DNA of 64,000 bases from Octopus bimaculoides (lineage: Eukaryota). Below are positions 28,736 through 42,300 of this stretch, piece after piece. The DNA lies in NCBI RefSeq assembly GCF_001194135.2, contig NC_068982.1, positions 26,259,989-26,323,988 on the forward strand, given 5' to 3'. Each line of letters begins with the position of its first letter. Positions within the stretch are counted from its first letter, which is position 1. A program made the translations under genes and the position numbers. Under the pieces are notes generated by a model, which was not told the DNA's origin, made no database searches, and worked only from the letters and a program-made list of their open reading frames with translations.

Positions 28736-29296
28736 AGAAATACACCCACCCCATATATATATATATATACAATAGTTTCATAGTTCCATAATTCCTGTCT
28801 TGGTTACGAGCTTGGAACCCTGGTAATCCGTTACAGCACTCACCCAGCATACCTATCCGTTTAGACGTTTAGATCACCTGTGAACTAAACCCCTATATTT
28901 CATATATATTTATATATTTGTTTCGCTCACGCAGCATGCAGTCATTCTGGAGCACCACCGTCATTGTTTTATTATTATTATTATTTTTGCTTTTACTTAT
29001 TGTTATATGTATGATTTCTTCAGGATGGTGGGTTTCCATACCACCACACCTGCATGGTTGTGGCTCATTTGCTGTATGAGCACGTTTGAGAATGGTGCCC
29101 TCATTTGCATGTGACTCCGGGCCACTGGTTCACTCGGTATTGTGGATAGCAGAACGTCCAATTCCTTTTTACAGACAACCAGACAACCTGACTAGGTTTC
29201 GTAATTATTCGTTTGCAAGTGCTGTGGCACTTTGAACGTTAAGCTGTTTATTTGTATGTATAGACACATACACACACACATACATATCTATCTATC

Positions 29297-29327
<31 letters not shown>

Positions 29328-29574
29328 AATACCTAACTGGACTCAAAAATCTTTTTCTCATAAGGATAAATATGAATCTCCTAGATTCTGTTCTGCTATT
29401 TCCCTTCTGAAGTTGTTTGTTAAAATTTTGTTCATATTTCTTGCACTGAAGAGTACATTGATATATAATTAATTTATTTAATCAATTTGATTTAGTTCAA
29501 TTCAATCATAAATTTCATTATTTGTATATCTCTGTACGAAACGATCATCTGTATGAATTAAAATTCTCTTCTAT

Positions 29575-30003
29575 ATTTTAAGATTGACCCGGTGAAACAG
29601 ATGAGCTGTTAGGATAGGCTACAAGAACTGAAGACCTAATCCCTGTATGAGAAGGCGAGAAAGGTATGCAGCGACATACACGTGGAATATCTCGGAAGGT
29701 CTAGCTGCCAACTTCGGAATTAAAGGTTATACCAAACACCAAAATGGACAGCACTGCATGCCACCAAAGGTACTGTCTTCTTCATCTCAGATAAGGACCC
29801 AGTATTGCAACAGCTTGCGTTTCACGTGACCACAACTTTTTAGCATCCTGCCAAGGGACCAAAGAGATCTGCAAGGAGTAGGTATGGAAAGGTTAAAAAA
29901 AGCACCTGGACAAAACTCCATCTGAATCCTAGATGACAACACATCACGGCATAAGGTACAAAAAGTGCAGGCAGCTTCGTCCAACTTGCTTCTTTACCAA
30001 AAG
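29575..30003 (+). mobile_element. CR1-clade LINE 3' end
   Basis: DRLQELK..SL/RRRERYAATYTWNISEGL; YCNSL.F..PQLFSILP..RDLQGV; AASSNLL. These match the CR1 ORF2 C-terminus. Confidence 0.85.
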
Positions 30004-30468
30004 CATATATATATTTATTTATTTATGTGTTTCAGCCAAGTGGGAGAAGAAACAAACTTCTTCATCCACATTCTTTCTAATCTGGGCCGATAGCGGCAAA
30101 TTATGTATGTATNNNNNNNNNNNNNNNNNNNNNNNNNNNNNNNNNNNNNNNNNNNNNNNNNNNNNNNNNNNNNNNNNNNNNNNNNNNNNNNNNNNNNNNN
30201 NNNNNNNNNNNNNNNNNNNNNNNNNNNNNNNNNNNNNNNNNNNNNNNNNNNNNNNNNNNNNNNNNNNNNNNNNNNNNNNNNNNNNNNNNNNNNNNNNNNN
30301 NNNNNNNNNNNNNNNNNNNNNNNNNNNNNNNNNNNNNNNNNNNNNNNNNNNNNNNNNNNNNNNNNNNNNNNNNNNNNNNNNNNNNNNNNNNNNNNNNNNN
30401 NNNNNNNNNNNNNNNNNNNNNNNNNNNNNNNNNNNNNNNNNNNNNNNNNNNNNNNNNNNNNNNNNNNN

Positions 30469-30499
<31 letters not shown>

Positions 30500-30526
30500 G
30501 AGTGTGTGTGTGTGTGTGTATATATA

Positions 30527-30910
30527 GGCGCAAGAGTGGCTGTGTGGTAAGTAGCTTGCTTACCAACCACATGATTCCGGGTTCAGTCCCACTGCGTGGC
30601 ACCTTGGGCAAGTATCTGTTACTCTAGTCTCGGGCCGACCAAAGCCTTGTGAATGGATTTGGTAGACAGAAATTGAAAGACGCCCGTCGTATATATATTT
30701 TATATATATGTGTGTGTGTATTTGTATGCCTGTGTTTGTCCCCCCACCATCGCTTGTGTGTTTAGGTCACAGTAACTTAGCGATTCGGAAAAAGAGGCCG
30801 ATAGAATGAGTACTAGGCTTATAAAGAATACGTCCTGGGGTCTATTTATTCGACTAAAGGCAGTGCTCCAACATGGCCGCAGTCAAATGACTGAAACAAA
30901 TAAAAGAATA
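30527..30910 (+). mobile_element. tRNA-derived SINE with internal (TG)n (second family)
   Basis: A box GTGGCTGTGTGG, B box GGTTCAGTCCC, core CCTTGGGCAAG, tail AATGACTGAAACAAATAAAAGAATA; related copies at ~34745-34970(-), 36600-36700(-), 38760-38920(-), 41880-42300(+) and 53425-53620(+). Confidence 0.85.
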
Positions 30911-32517
30911 TAAAGACAAAGAGAGGGAGAAAGAGTAGTTAAAGCCAACCCCATGCGTGATGAATGGCCATTGTTTTTAAAAATAAATAGAAAACAAAAA
31001 CAAATGGATTTTCTCCTTGGTACGGAAATAAATGAAGTCTATTTCATTTGTAACTGTGGTCAATACAAAACTAAATAAATCAATTTAATTTAGAAGCCCA
31101 TTTTATGATCTTCGATCGTGTATACCATATTTAAAATATATTTACCGTCATTTATCCACATTAGTTCGTAACCCAAGCATATATATTGTAAGAAGTAAAG
31201 GAGGGAGAAGAAACAATATTTTTCATCCACATTCAAACACGCTTTCTAATCTATCGCTGGGCTGATAGCGACAAGTGATGTTTTTCTTTTTCTTTTTAAA
31301 AACAATGGCCATTCAACACGCATTTAACTGCTCTTTCTCCCTCTCTTTGTCTTTATATATATACATATACACATACATACATACATATATATANNNNNNN
31401 NNNNNNNNNNNNNNNNNNNNNNNNNNNNNNNNNNNNNNNNNNNNNNNNNNNNNNNNNNNNNNNNNNNNNNNNNNNNNNNNNNNNNNNNNNNNNNNNNNNN
31501 NNNNNNTATATATTTATATACATAATTTACCGCTACATAGCTTCCTCATTTATAAAAGCTATAAATGTCAGTTGAGAATACTTCCATATGAGAAGAGGAG
31601 ATATTGCTGGGAATCCAGAATCTGACCTGTCATTAAGGAAAAGGACGGCTTATTTTTAGGACACATTTGTTTCTGCCTCAACATACGTCATCAGCACGGC
31701 AGTTGGCCTCACCAATCTCCATCAACCAAGGAACATAAACTACTAATAAAAGGTACATTGTCTAGGAGCGATGATAATTTTGATATATGAAGATTTTAAT
31801 TTGTATCTAATTTAAAATTATAAACACTCGTGGGTAAATTAATAACTTCAAAACACACGTACAATTTTCATAAAGATGAAAACACTTTCATCGAAGAGCA
31901 TGGACTTTCAGTAAACCAATTCAGTCTTTCATTACTCTCTTTGGATACAAAAGAAAAACGATGCAGAAAACAGCTGCTATGCAGATGTGAGGATTTCTCT
32001 GAAAATCAATTTTAAAAATGTATTTACAAAAAGATACTACCAAATCGATAGCTTTTTGCCCTAATTAAAAATTCAGTTTTACCAATAATGATTTATGATT
32101 TAGGCACACGGCCACCAATTTGAAGAAGGGGAAAAGTTGATTATATCGGCTAATACTTCAATGGTACTTTATTGTATCGATCTCAGGAGATAAGTAGCCG
32201 GAACAAATATCGCTAGGTAGTTTGTTTTTCTTGATACTCTAATAAATCTTGCCCAGTCTCTAACAGAATGATTTGCAATCAGAGAAATCAACAATATAAA
32301 TCGCATTTTATAAAATACTACCCGAAAGTGGAAGGGAGAAAGCTCTCTAAAGTTCAACATGTGTCATGTTGTAGTAAGTGAAATGATAGTGTTCAGTCTT
32401 TTAACCCAGCTTTTTTTTTATAGAAATAATTAAAATAATGAATCAATTATTTACTGACATATTAAAGCTGATAATTGCATTCGTAGGTTGGATGGTACAT
32501 ATATGTGGCTGTGAGTG

Positions 32518-32556
<39 letters not shown>

Positions 32557-32605
32557 ATGTATCTGCGTGTATGTGTGTATACATATATATATGTACATAC
32601 ACGCA

Positions 32606-33400
32606 GAACGAATCAAATTGAGATGGCGTGTATGAAGTGAAAACCTAAAGGCAGGAACATAGGAGATGGACATAAGAGGTGTCGGCAGTGAAGCGAAGAA
32701 AGAAAGATCATGGCTGGCCGAACACCGGTCACGTGGAAGTAGGAGAGATGGATAGGGGCAGCGGGACTAAAGGATTAGAAGAAAAAACAGAGACAAAGAC
32801 ATACAGAGACAAAGAAACATCAATTAGAAGGACAGGCAAAAAAGACGGGTCATTCATGGCTTTCTTTCCTCAGTCAAATACCAGAAGTCACGACCATTTC
32901 GGGTTGTTACACTTGAGATGGTACGATTGGTTGTCCCCCAAAAAGTCTAAGCTAAGAGCATTAGACTCCTTTGTAAGCTAGTAAATGTGTACGTCAACAA
33001 AGGCACAAAAACAAACAAACAAAAAACAGAGAACATGGTACACAATTACGAATACAAACAAGAAATAACAGGTGTCTTTTGACTGAGAACGAATCAAATT
33101 GAGCTGGCGTGTATGCGGTGAAAGATTAAAGGCAGGAACATGGGAGATGGACATAAGAGGCGTTGGCGGTCGGCAGTCAGGTCAAGAAAGAAAGATCATG
33201 GCTGGCCGGACTTGGGGGCAACCAGATCGAACCATCTCAAGGATAACTGCCCGAAATGGTCGTGACTTCTGGTACTTGACTGAGGAAAGAAAGCTACGAA
33301 TGACTCTTTTTTTTTTTACTTGCCTAATTGTTGTTTCTCTTGTCTGCCTTTGTATCGTCTATCTGTCCGAATATTTTTGTGTCCTCTATTGCGTTTTTGT
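32606..33400. repeat. Composite repeat: ~115-120-bp direct repeats (32606-32720, 33087-33208) interleaved with a 93-bp inverted repeat (32849-32941, 33212-33304)
   Basis: Direct sequence comparison of both pairs; the inverted match extends more weakly to about 32765 and 33400. Confidence 0.85.
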
Positions 33401-33403
33401 TCC

Positions 33404-33443
<40 letters not shown>

Positions 33444-34211
33444 CGGCGTACGTACACCCTACTGCATATATACATTTAGGCGCATGCACGTGGATGTGCG
33501 GGCGCGCATGTTTATGTATGGACTTTCGCGCTTATGCGATTACTATGAACATGTTTACTCCCTTACCTAGCGGTCATTCTAATAGCTCTTTTGCCTTAAT
33601 AACGGTCAATCACACAGTAATTTCCCTTTGTTTAACGGTCATTTTCATAGCATTTCATTCCATTTTCACCCCCTTCCTATTTCACCGTATTCTCCATCTG
33701 ACACTCTCTCTCTCACTTTCTCTTTATTTCTCTCTCACTATTCACACTTTTCCTCACGTGAATAGACTTCTTTTCCTGCACGGACGTTCAAAAGGCTGAA
33801 CGTTTTTCTTTCTCTTCTATCTTTTCTCTATTCAAAGAAAATATTTCTCCCAGCGCTCCGCTCACTATTTTCCTCTCGTTCTGGTCTAATGACCCTCTCT
33901 GTTTTCCTTCGGTTTCCTTGTATGTCTTCAGTGTCCTGTTTTTGACCCAATTTTGACCATCCATGAATCCTAAATTTTATTTTAGAATTTATGGGAGCAA
34001 CTGTCTTTGAAAACTCTTATTGTCGTTGAATGCTCGAAATAAGGAGTAGATTGACAGCTGACGATTGACGAAGGGTCCTTTGTCTGTGTTTACTTGGTCC
34101 TGTTTTCCATTTCTGTCTCGTTGTTTACGTATCTAACACTTTTATTTAAGTATTTCATACTCCTTGCACAGTTGGTGACCTCCTGTACCCATATATGCAT
34201 ATGTATATACA

Positions 34212-34253
<42 letters not shown>

Positions 34254-34482
34254 NNNNNNNNNNNNNNNNNNNNNNNNNNNNNNNNNNNNNNNNNNNNNNN
34301 NNNNNNNNNNNNNNNNNNNNNNNNNNNNNNNNNNNNNNNNNNNNNNNNNNNNNNNNNNNNNNNNNNNNNNNNNNNNNNNNNNNNNNNNNNNNNNNNNNNN
34401 NNNNNNNNNNNNNNNNNNNNNNNNNNNNNNNNNNNNNNNNNNNNNNNNNNNNNNNNNNNNNNNNNNNNNNNNNNNNNNNNNN

Positions 34483-34715
34483 TATGACAGATATAGTTTA
34501 CTGTGCAAATGATTTGATTACCAAAGGAGAGTCATGCTACCATCGTGGCTGAGTGGACGCCAAGAGGAAGAAGAGAGAGAGGTAAAGATACAAGAGGTGG
34601 TGAAGTCCGTTCAAGGACATGACCATGCTGTCAGTTGTTCCGAGTGACGTTTGGAGGAAGGCAATCAATCGGGAAGTGTGGAGAAGGTTCTTTGTTCGTT
34701 GTGCTAAGAAATAGA
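34483..34715 (+). mobile_element. RTE-clade LINE 3' remnant
   Basis: IVAEWTPRGRRERG...W.KAINREVW resembles the RTE C-terminal EW.P..R.RGRP..RW...A.NR..W pattern. Confidence 0.55.
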
Positions 34716-34744
34716 CCCACACAGACACACACTATGTTTGCATT

Positions 34745-34970
34745 ACGCACACCCACTTATCTAACTAGTTGATATCTAAATTTCAAGAGAGCCGATGCTA
34801 AATGAAAAAGACGTAAACAAACTAGCACCGGTTGTCAATCTTTGTAGGGGACGAATGGAAACACACACACACACATGCACACACACACACATTGACACGC
34901 ACATATACATCACCATGCTTCCTTAAGTGTCCGTTTGCCAGATCCTCTGCTATAGCAGAAGACATAGGCC
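34745..34970 (-). mobile_element. SINE remnant (30527-type family)
   Basis: Reverse complement of the TTTGTCCCCC..CGCTTGACAACCG-type and CTTGGGC..GTCTTCTGCTATAG segments. Confidence 0.6.
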
Positions 34971-34972
34971 CA

Positions 34973-35017
<45 letters not shown>

Positions 35018-35888
35018 TGCTATGTGTGTTTCAGCATGTCTGTGCAACTGGGCCGAGTGTGTACTAGCGTGTGTGTGAGCATCTATATGTGTGTATCCGT
35101 GAGTGAGTGTGTGTGTGTGTTTGTGTGTATGTGTGTATGAGCGAGAATGTGTTTGCTCATTGTTTATCCGTAGTCCTTCTTCTGCCTCGACTCTCTTTGT
35201 ATAGTGAAAATACACAGGCTTATAAATAAATACATTTCTTATACATATATATATATATAAATATATATATATATAATTTTTATATACATACAGACATATA
35301 TACATACATGCATACATGCATACATACATACATGCATACATACGTACATACAAACATACACAGACACATTCTTGGTTGTACGATGATTGTCAGGGTATTT
35401 CTGGCAGCTTGTCTTAATAGTTCTTTTTTGGCCTGGACAACAAACACTTTTATCACATTTATTATATTTAGTCCTGACAAGTGACAGATATGCCAAATAG
35501 CGGAATGAAGCTCATAAAAATTGTTTGCAGGTTACTATAGACAAAAAGGAAATAACAAATGAGAAACAAAGCAGAAAGAAAAACAACCAACATAAAAAAG
35601 AACAACTGTTCAGATCTGTTTCAATGAAAATATCTATAAAAGATAAAATGTATATAACATAGTTGTGAAAAAGCATTTGGTTAAAGTCAATTGTTTATAT
35701 AAAAATGTCACAGAATTAAGACTTCTCTAGTAAGTGAAACACAAACCTTTTATCATTCAGTTGAAAATTTGAAAATTATTTGTATCAGAAAAGAAATCCT
35801 TGGCTGAAAATGTTTCTTATATCTTATGTCTTACAAGTAGACACACGTAAAAAACACACGGAGATGCGCACGCACGCACGCACGCGCG

Positions 35889-35943
<55 letters not shown>

Positions 35944-36150
35944 ACATGCACACGCACACACAGAGAAACATTGTATGTTATAGCCGGTCATAGAAGGACC
36001 ATTGGTTTCGCGCATATAAAGCGCTTAATGGTATATGTAACTCGTTGGCTCAAATGGGCGAGCGCGCGTAACCGCTCTACAACTGGAGGAGGAAATACGT
36101 CAAGATCAATTAGTTTTGTAAGCAAAAATATTTGTCCGTGCACGATACTG

Positions 36151-36373
36151 CAGGTGGGACGGGATTATCCAACTTATATCGGCTCCGTCTATGGTGATAA
36201 AAAAAAAAACTCGCGCGTACTGGGGTCCTTTTTCAACTCCAGGTTAGAAGTCAATCTAAAACGTTTCCTCCTACAAACTTGGAAGTCATCATTCCTTGAA
36301 TAGGCCCGCTACATCTCCTTCGACTGTCATCACGGCCGAAGCCGATGTAATGAATATAATTTCGTCCCACCCG
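36151..36373. mobile_element. Candidate Tc1/mariner-type MITE (~220 bp)
   Basis: Imperfect TIRs CAGGTGGGACGGGATTAT / ATAATTTCGTCCCACCCG; TA on the right flank, TG on the left. Confidence 0.5.
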
Positions 36374-37636
36374 TAGCAACCCTGCATGGACAAATATGTG
36401 ACGTATTTCTTTCTCCAGGTGCAGAGAGGATATGGGCTTTCTATCATTCGAGTTGGCAAATCGCCTATACTATTAACGGCTACATGCGTGCAAAAGCAAT
36501 GGTCACTCTATAACGGGCCATACATTTAACTTCCTAAGAATATATTACTGCTTTAATGCTTTAAATTGTACTTCATTTTCGGATATATGAACTACTGGCG
36601 ATTTGTATATATACATGACGGGTTTCTTTCAGTTTCCATCTACCAAATCCACTTATTCCTGAGCTCTAAGTAAACTACACTTGCCCAAGATACCAAGAAG
36701 TAAGACTGAATCGAATGGCATATTGTTTGAAAGCAAACTTCATCACACACAAATGCGCGCGCGCTTATATATATAGTAAATCCCCCAAAAAGAACAAACA
36801 AAATAAAATAACAACGCGAGGACGTGGTACATGTAATATTATCAGCAGAAGCTCAGGAAAAGAATATNNNNNNNNNNATATATATATATATATATATTAC
36901 ACACACAAACAAACAGAGGGGGATAGATAGATAGATAGATAGATAGACAGACAGGCAGGCATGCAGGCAGAGAAACAGACAGACAGACAGAAAGACAAAT
37001 AGATAGATAGATAGATAGATAGATAGAGTGAGGCGTATGTATGTATAATTAAATTCGATCAGCTGAAGCCCATTTTAGTGAATACTGTCAATTTCTTTTC
37101 ACGAATCCGTATAATTCCTTTGTCCGCCAAGCTGGAATCTAAATTTTCCCTCCTAATCATACGAACCCCCAACTTCTCCCTATTCGCAGGTACAACATGA
37201 TGAATGAAAACATTCTTTTCGTATTATCAAAAATGCCAATTAAAATTAACACTTCGGATAAATGAAGTTCCTCTCGGGGAATTACATCTGGAAAGGAGAT
37301 AACTGAAACATATGAAGTCCCAAAATGATTATATAAAGATATAATGAATGCAGACAGTAGAATGTTATAGAACTAGTAAAGGGTTACAGTCGGCACTGAT
37401 TTTGCCGTTTAGTCAGATACAAAAACAAAAGTGTTATAGGAAATTGACACTTTTCAACGGGCGCGATATGACGTTAATCTGCTCAAAACAACAGGATAAG
37501 TCTCAAATTAATCTTTTGACTTAATGTTAATTATTGCTTTTGATCAAACGAGATGAATAAGCGCACAAGAGAAAACTTCATTACTCACCTTGTATTAACG
37601 GTTGTTTCTTTTTCGGAATTTCCTCACAACTAATGT

Positions 37637-37762
<126 letters not shown>

Positions 37763-40700
37763 ATTTCAAGTTTCGACTTTAACGGCTTTTTCAATCAGTC
37801 TTCTTGAATAAACTATTAAAGTCACAGTGAATCCAGCAGTATTAATGAATTATGTAATAACTGTACAGAGGTTTATCATCAATAAATATTTCGTTGTTTT
37901 TTAAAAATTTGCTGCTTTATCAACGATAGTAAGTAATATATATACATACATGAACGATCGAGTGTGCACGTGTGTGTTTGTGTGTGCATATGTGTGTGTA
38001 TGCGAGCGCGCGCGAATTGTCTACTGATTTTGAATTGTTGATTGGGTCACCCATTTCTCTCCTTTGTTCGACAGAAAACAATACAATAATAAAAGAGTGA
38101 ATCGACAACTATTTACGATTATTATCATTATTATTATTCCACTATATACCTGGACTATATTTTGTAGGGAAATTAGTTCCAAATCTCACCAACTGAGCTC
38201 ATTGTATTATTATTAGTAATTTTATGATCGATGGAAGATGGCGTAAGAATTATAAAATGAATGCAGTTGTAAGTTCACCGTTTTTGGATGTATTTTACAT
38301 CAGAAGATATAAAATAACAATTTCGTCTCTAAAGTCTGTTTCTCTGCTATGTATATATTACATTAGATTTTATACGACAACAATTATATCACCTGGTTGT
38401 TGGAGTTAAAGCTTCTGGTTCTGTGTGAACTTTATTTTACAAACTTTTCTGTTAAATATCCTTCATGTTTATTCTTATGCTAATATATTACTGATCACGA
38501 TACTTATTTACATATTCATTTTATATCTCAAATGAAGAATAATATGGTCATTGGTTAGAATTTTCCGACGCACAATACTGTTCGCTACGTTTCTGACAAG
38601 AATGATAAGGGAGTATAATTTGATGCAGAACAAATATCTCAAATTACTTTGTTCATAAAGTACTAGATCACTGCCCTTGCCGAAATGTCTATTCTTTGAC
38701 GAAATATACCAGTAAAAAAACAAAAAGACTTGTGAACATGTGTGTGTGTGTGTGTTCAAATAGACACGACGGATTTCTGTCTCCTACATTCCGCTGGTTA
38801 AATATTGGTCAGACAGAAGCCATGATAAATTAAAGTTGCCCAAGGCACAGCGTTGTATTATTGAAGCTCTAATACCTGGTTGTGAAGCAAGAGTCCTAAC
38901 TATATACCAATGCTGGCATCTCTATGTTAGCTGTTTTTACTTTACTTATATAGGAATAGAGCAATACTAACTGAAGAGTATGTTATTTACTTAAGCATTT
39001 CTACTGCAAATAGAATTGGATATGAAGTTTATATAATACCTACTCTGTGACTTCTTAACCTAAATCCCGTTAATCGTCAGTCTACTTAGACTTTTGAAGT
39101 CAGTCCCTTAGAAACACTGCATCGCAGTTGCTATTGTCTTTTATTCGATCTGACTTTATATTTGTTTTGAGGATTTCTAATAGCAAAAGATTTTGTGTCT
39201 TGGTAAACATTCACGAGACCGTATCTAGAATAAAGCAACCTTACTAATTAGCTTGAACTCACTCACTACCACACTCAAACCACTTGCCCACAAACATTTC
39301 TTCTCCTCTCTCAATCTTTTCTACATCTGTTATGATGGCCTTTGCTCCTCGAATTGAAGGGCTCATAACATTTCGAACCAAGCATTTCCGACTCATTGAT
39401 ATGTCCGTTCATCATAATTGTTGCATTAATCCACACACCACAATTCCTACATGAATCTCTAGACCCAGTCCTACTTACACAATCGCCACCCGTGTAGAAT
39501 TCCATCCTCGGTTATATTTTTCCATGCAATCTGCGAACTACATCTGTTCAGCAGGAACATTTGATCTCATCGTTCTGGAAGTGTCTGCATATACCATGAT
39601 CACTGTCACTTCCACAACACCAATCCAATCTAAATAGATAAGTCAACAGTCTATATCCAGCGTCGAGTCTAAGACCAAAGCTTGTTAAACTCATGAATGA
39701 CGTTCTGTATATTGTAGGAATAATTAGCCTCTATACGCAGTACGAATATTTTGAAATTGACTAGTGTCTCATCAGTTACTTTAATGACATAGGTATATAG
39801 CACCGAAAGTAAAGGGGAGTTGGTGGAAATTTGGTCAAACGACCGCATTGAAGGTCCCTTATGGAAATGTGAATTAAACAATTTGTAATATAAGTCGCGT
39901 TTCACTTTTGTTTAAATTTCACAATGGCAATATAAATGACAATCGCCGACTCCAAACATCTATGCAGCTTTGTTGCTAGGCTAAACGAAATACAAATCAA
40001 TTTATCTCACGGTTTTGTTTTTTAATACAGCTGTCCCAAGAAGAATGTCGTGTGATAAAAACAACGGATCAAACTATTTCGTTGATCAGGAATGAATAAA
40101 AGATCATGGGAACTTCAGTAATGATGAGAACGAATTCAATATGAACGAAACTACTGAGAACAACTCGCTATTTTATCTCTTTACAAACTCGAACGCTTAT
40201 CTCAAATTTATAGAAGATAAATAAGATTATGTGACGTTCATAATTTGAGGATTTTCAAAGGAATTAGCAACGTAAGTTTTGTAAAAAAAGATTTCTACCA
40301 TGATTGGAAAGACGATAACAGCCTTTTATATTTAACTCTAGAGCGCTCGCCACAGCAATAACGATAATAATAATACTTCAGGAGAGTAATAACGAGTAAG
40401 AGATAAAGTATTTGAAACCATTATTCTTTTTCGTAACACACAAGGTTGGATATCAATGATGACGTCTACAGCATTAACATCAACATCGGAAACAACACCA
40501 CCACCATCAACGACAAGGAACACAACAACAAAAACAATAACAAGAAAAAGAAACAATAGCAATTACAACAACAACAATGACGGCATCAACTATATCACGA
40601 TTGCATTAACTGCACGCACACTTTTTCCCTAGATCAAATCAAAAAGCCATTCTAAGGTTTCAAAACTGGAATGTTCAGTGGATTCATTTTGCGATACCAG

Positions 40701-41380
40701 TCCAAAAGATATAGCTTATAGCATTTCTACATATTCCTCTTCTCAATCCACCAACCAGCCAGTCAACCAGCCAACCAACCAACAAACCAACCAGTCATCC
40801 TTTACTTTTCTCAACAATCATACTAACGCATACACACAAACACATTAATAATTTAAGAGCTAATCAGTTCCGTAGGTAGTTAATAGTTAATTTACAGGCA
40901 CAAAAATAAAATACGACATTCACAGAAATTACATTATATAACTGCAGCTAAGCTATTCTGTAGAGCAATACTCCCACTGTTTGCATCTTTATTCAGTTAC
41001 ATTCTCATTTTATTTTAGACTAAAATCAAAAAGTAATTGTATTTTATAAAGTTATGGCGATGGGCCGAACATTCATGAAAACATAAAACTTCTCGGCTAT
41101 TATTTTACCTCGTAAAATATTGCTTTCAGTCGTTATGGCATATCACGCTAAAACGACTTAAAGTGAGGTAGGCACAGGAATCAAGAAAGAAAAGCCAACA
41201 ATGTAAGGGGAGAGGGAAGGGGTAGAGGGAAGGGGGACAGCAGAAAGAAAGAAATGGGAAACAGAAAAAGGAGGAGGTTGAGGAAAATATGCGACCAGTC
41301 GAAAACTGGATATACATATACATACATACACATAAATACACACATACATACATATATATATATATATATATGTATCTATG

Positions 41381-41438
<58 letters not shown>

Positions 41439-41879
41439 TGTGTGTGTGTGTGTGTATGTTTCTGTCGATTAGATGTATAGATATATAGGTAACTAGATGG
41501 GTAGATTAACTAGGAAAGGAAACAGAAAAGGTGTAAATATTTAAAGACATTAAACATATCATATCTGAGTATATTTGTGCGTCCCTGCATAAACATGTGT
41601 GCGTATGTATGTATGTGTGTGTGTTAAAGTTTGTAAACTAAAAAGTGGATGTAAGGATTCAATATACGGTGTAGAATCTATTCTTATATTAATTCATTTA
41701 AAATGGTATTGATGACCACAATCTCATTCAAAACCCCGTATATAATTATGCGCGTGCACACACAGACATGTGCACGTGCATACAAACATACATACATACA
41801 TACGTACATACATACATACATACATACATGCATATACATACATACATACATACATGTATACACGCACACATATATATGC

Positions 41880-42300
41880 TCCCCAGCGTTATGGTTTCGG
41901 GTTCTGTCCTCATCGACAATTGTCTTGAACTAAAGCCGCAGACCGACCAAGAACCATGTGAGTGAATTTGGTAGAAAGAAAATGAAAGAAGCTAGTCATG
42001 TATACATGTGTTTGTGTGTGTGTGCGTGTGTATGTGTGTGTGTGTGTGTGTAGGTGTGTGGTGAACGAGAAAGTGTGCGTGTGTATGCATGTGTGCGTGT
42101 ATAGATGTGTGGTGAACGAGAGAGAATGTATGTTTGTGTTTAGCTCCACCTCCGCTTGGCTCATGTTGTCGGTTTGTTTACGTTTCCGTAATTTATCGGT
42201 CCATCAAAAGGGACAGAATTAGTAGCAGGTTTTAAAAAATCAAGTTCTGGAGTCGATTTGCTTCGGATAGTAGCATTCCAATTACCAAGACAAATAAAAG
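41880..42300 (+). mobile_element. Diverged SINE (30527-type) with expanded internal (TG)n
   Basis: GGTTTCGGGTTCTGTCC, GACCGACCAAG..TGTGAGTGAATTTGGTAG and CTGGAGTCGATTTGCTTCG align to the 30527 copy. Confidence 0.7.

Noticed and set aside
33278-33310. CTGAGGA-AA-GAAA as a minimal hammerhead core in the composite repeat
   Set aside because: Stems I-III cannot be formed.
33784-33815. ACGTTCA/TGAACGT hairpin followed by a T-rich run (intrinsic-terminator-like)
   Set aside because: Eukaryotic repeat context; no basis for a bacterial terminator call.
39311-39640. Minus-strand frames with VTVIMVYADTS (LINE endonuclease-like) and Cys-rich stretches
   Set aside because: Too degenerate; only one weak motif and multiple stops.
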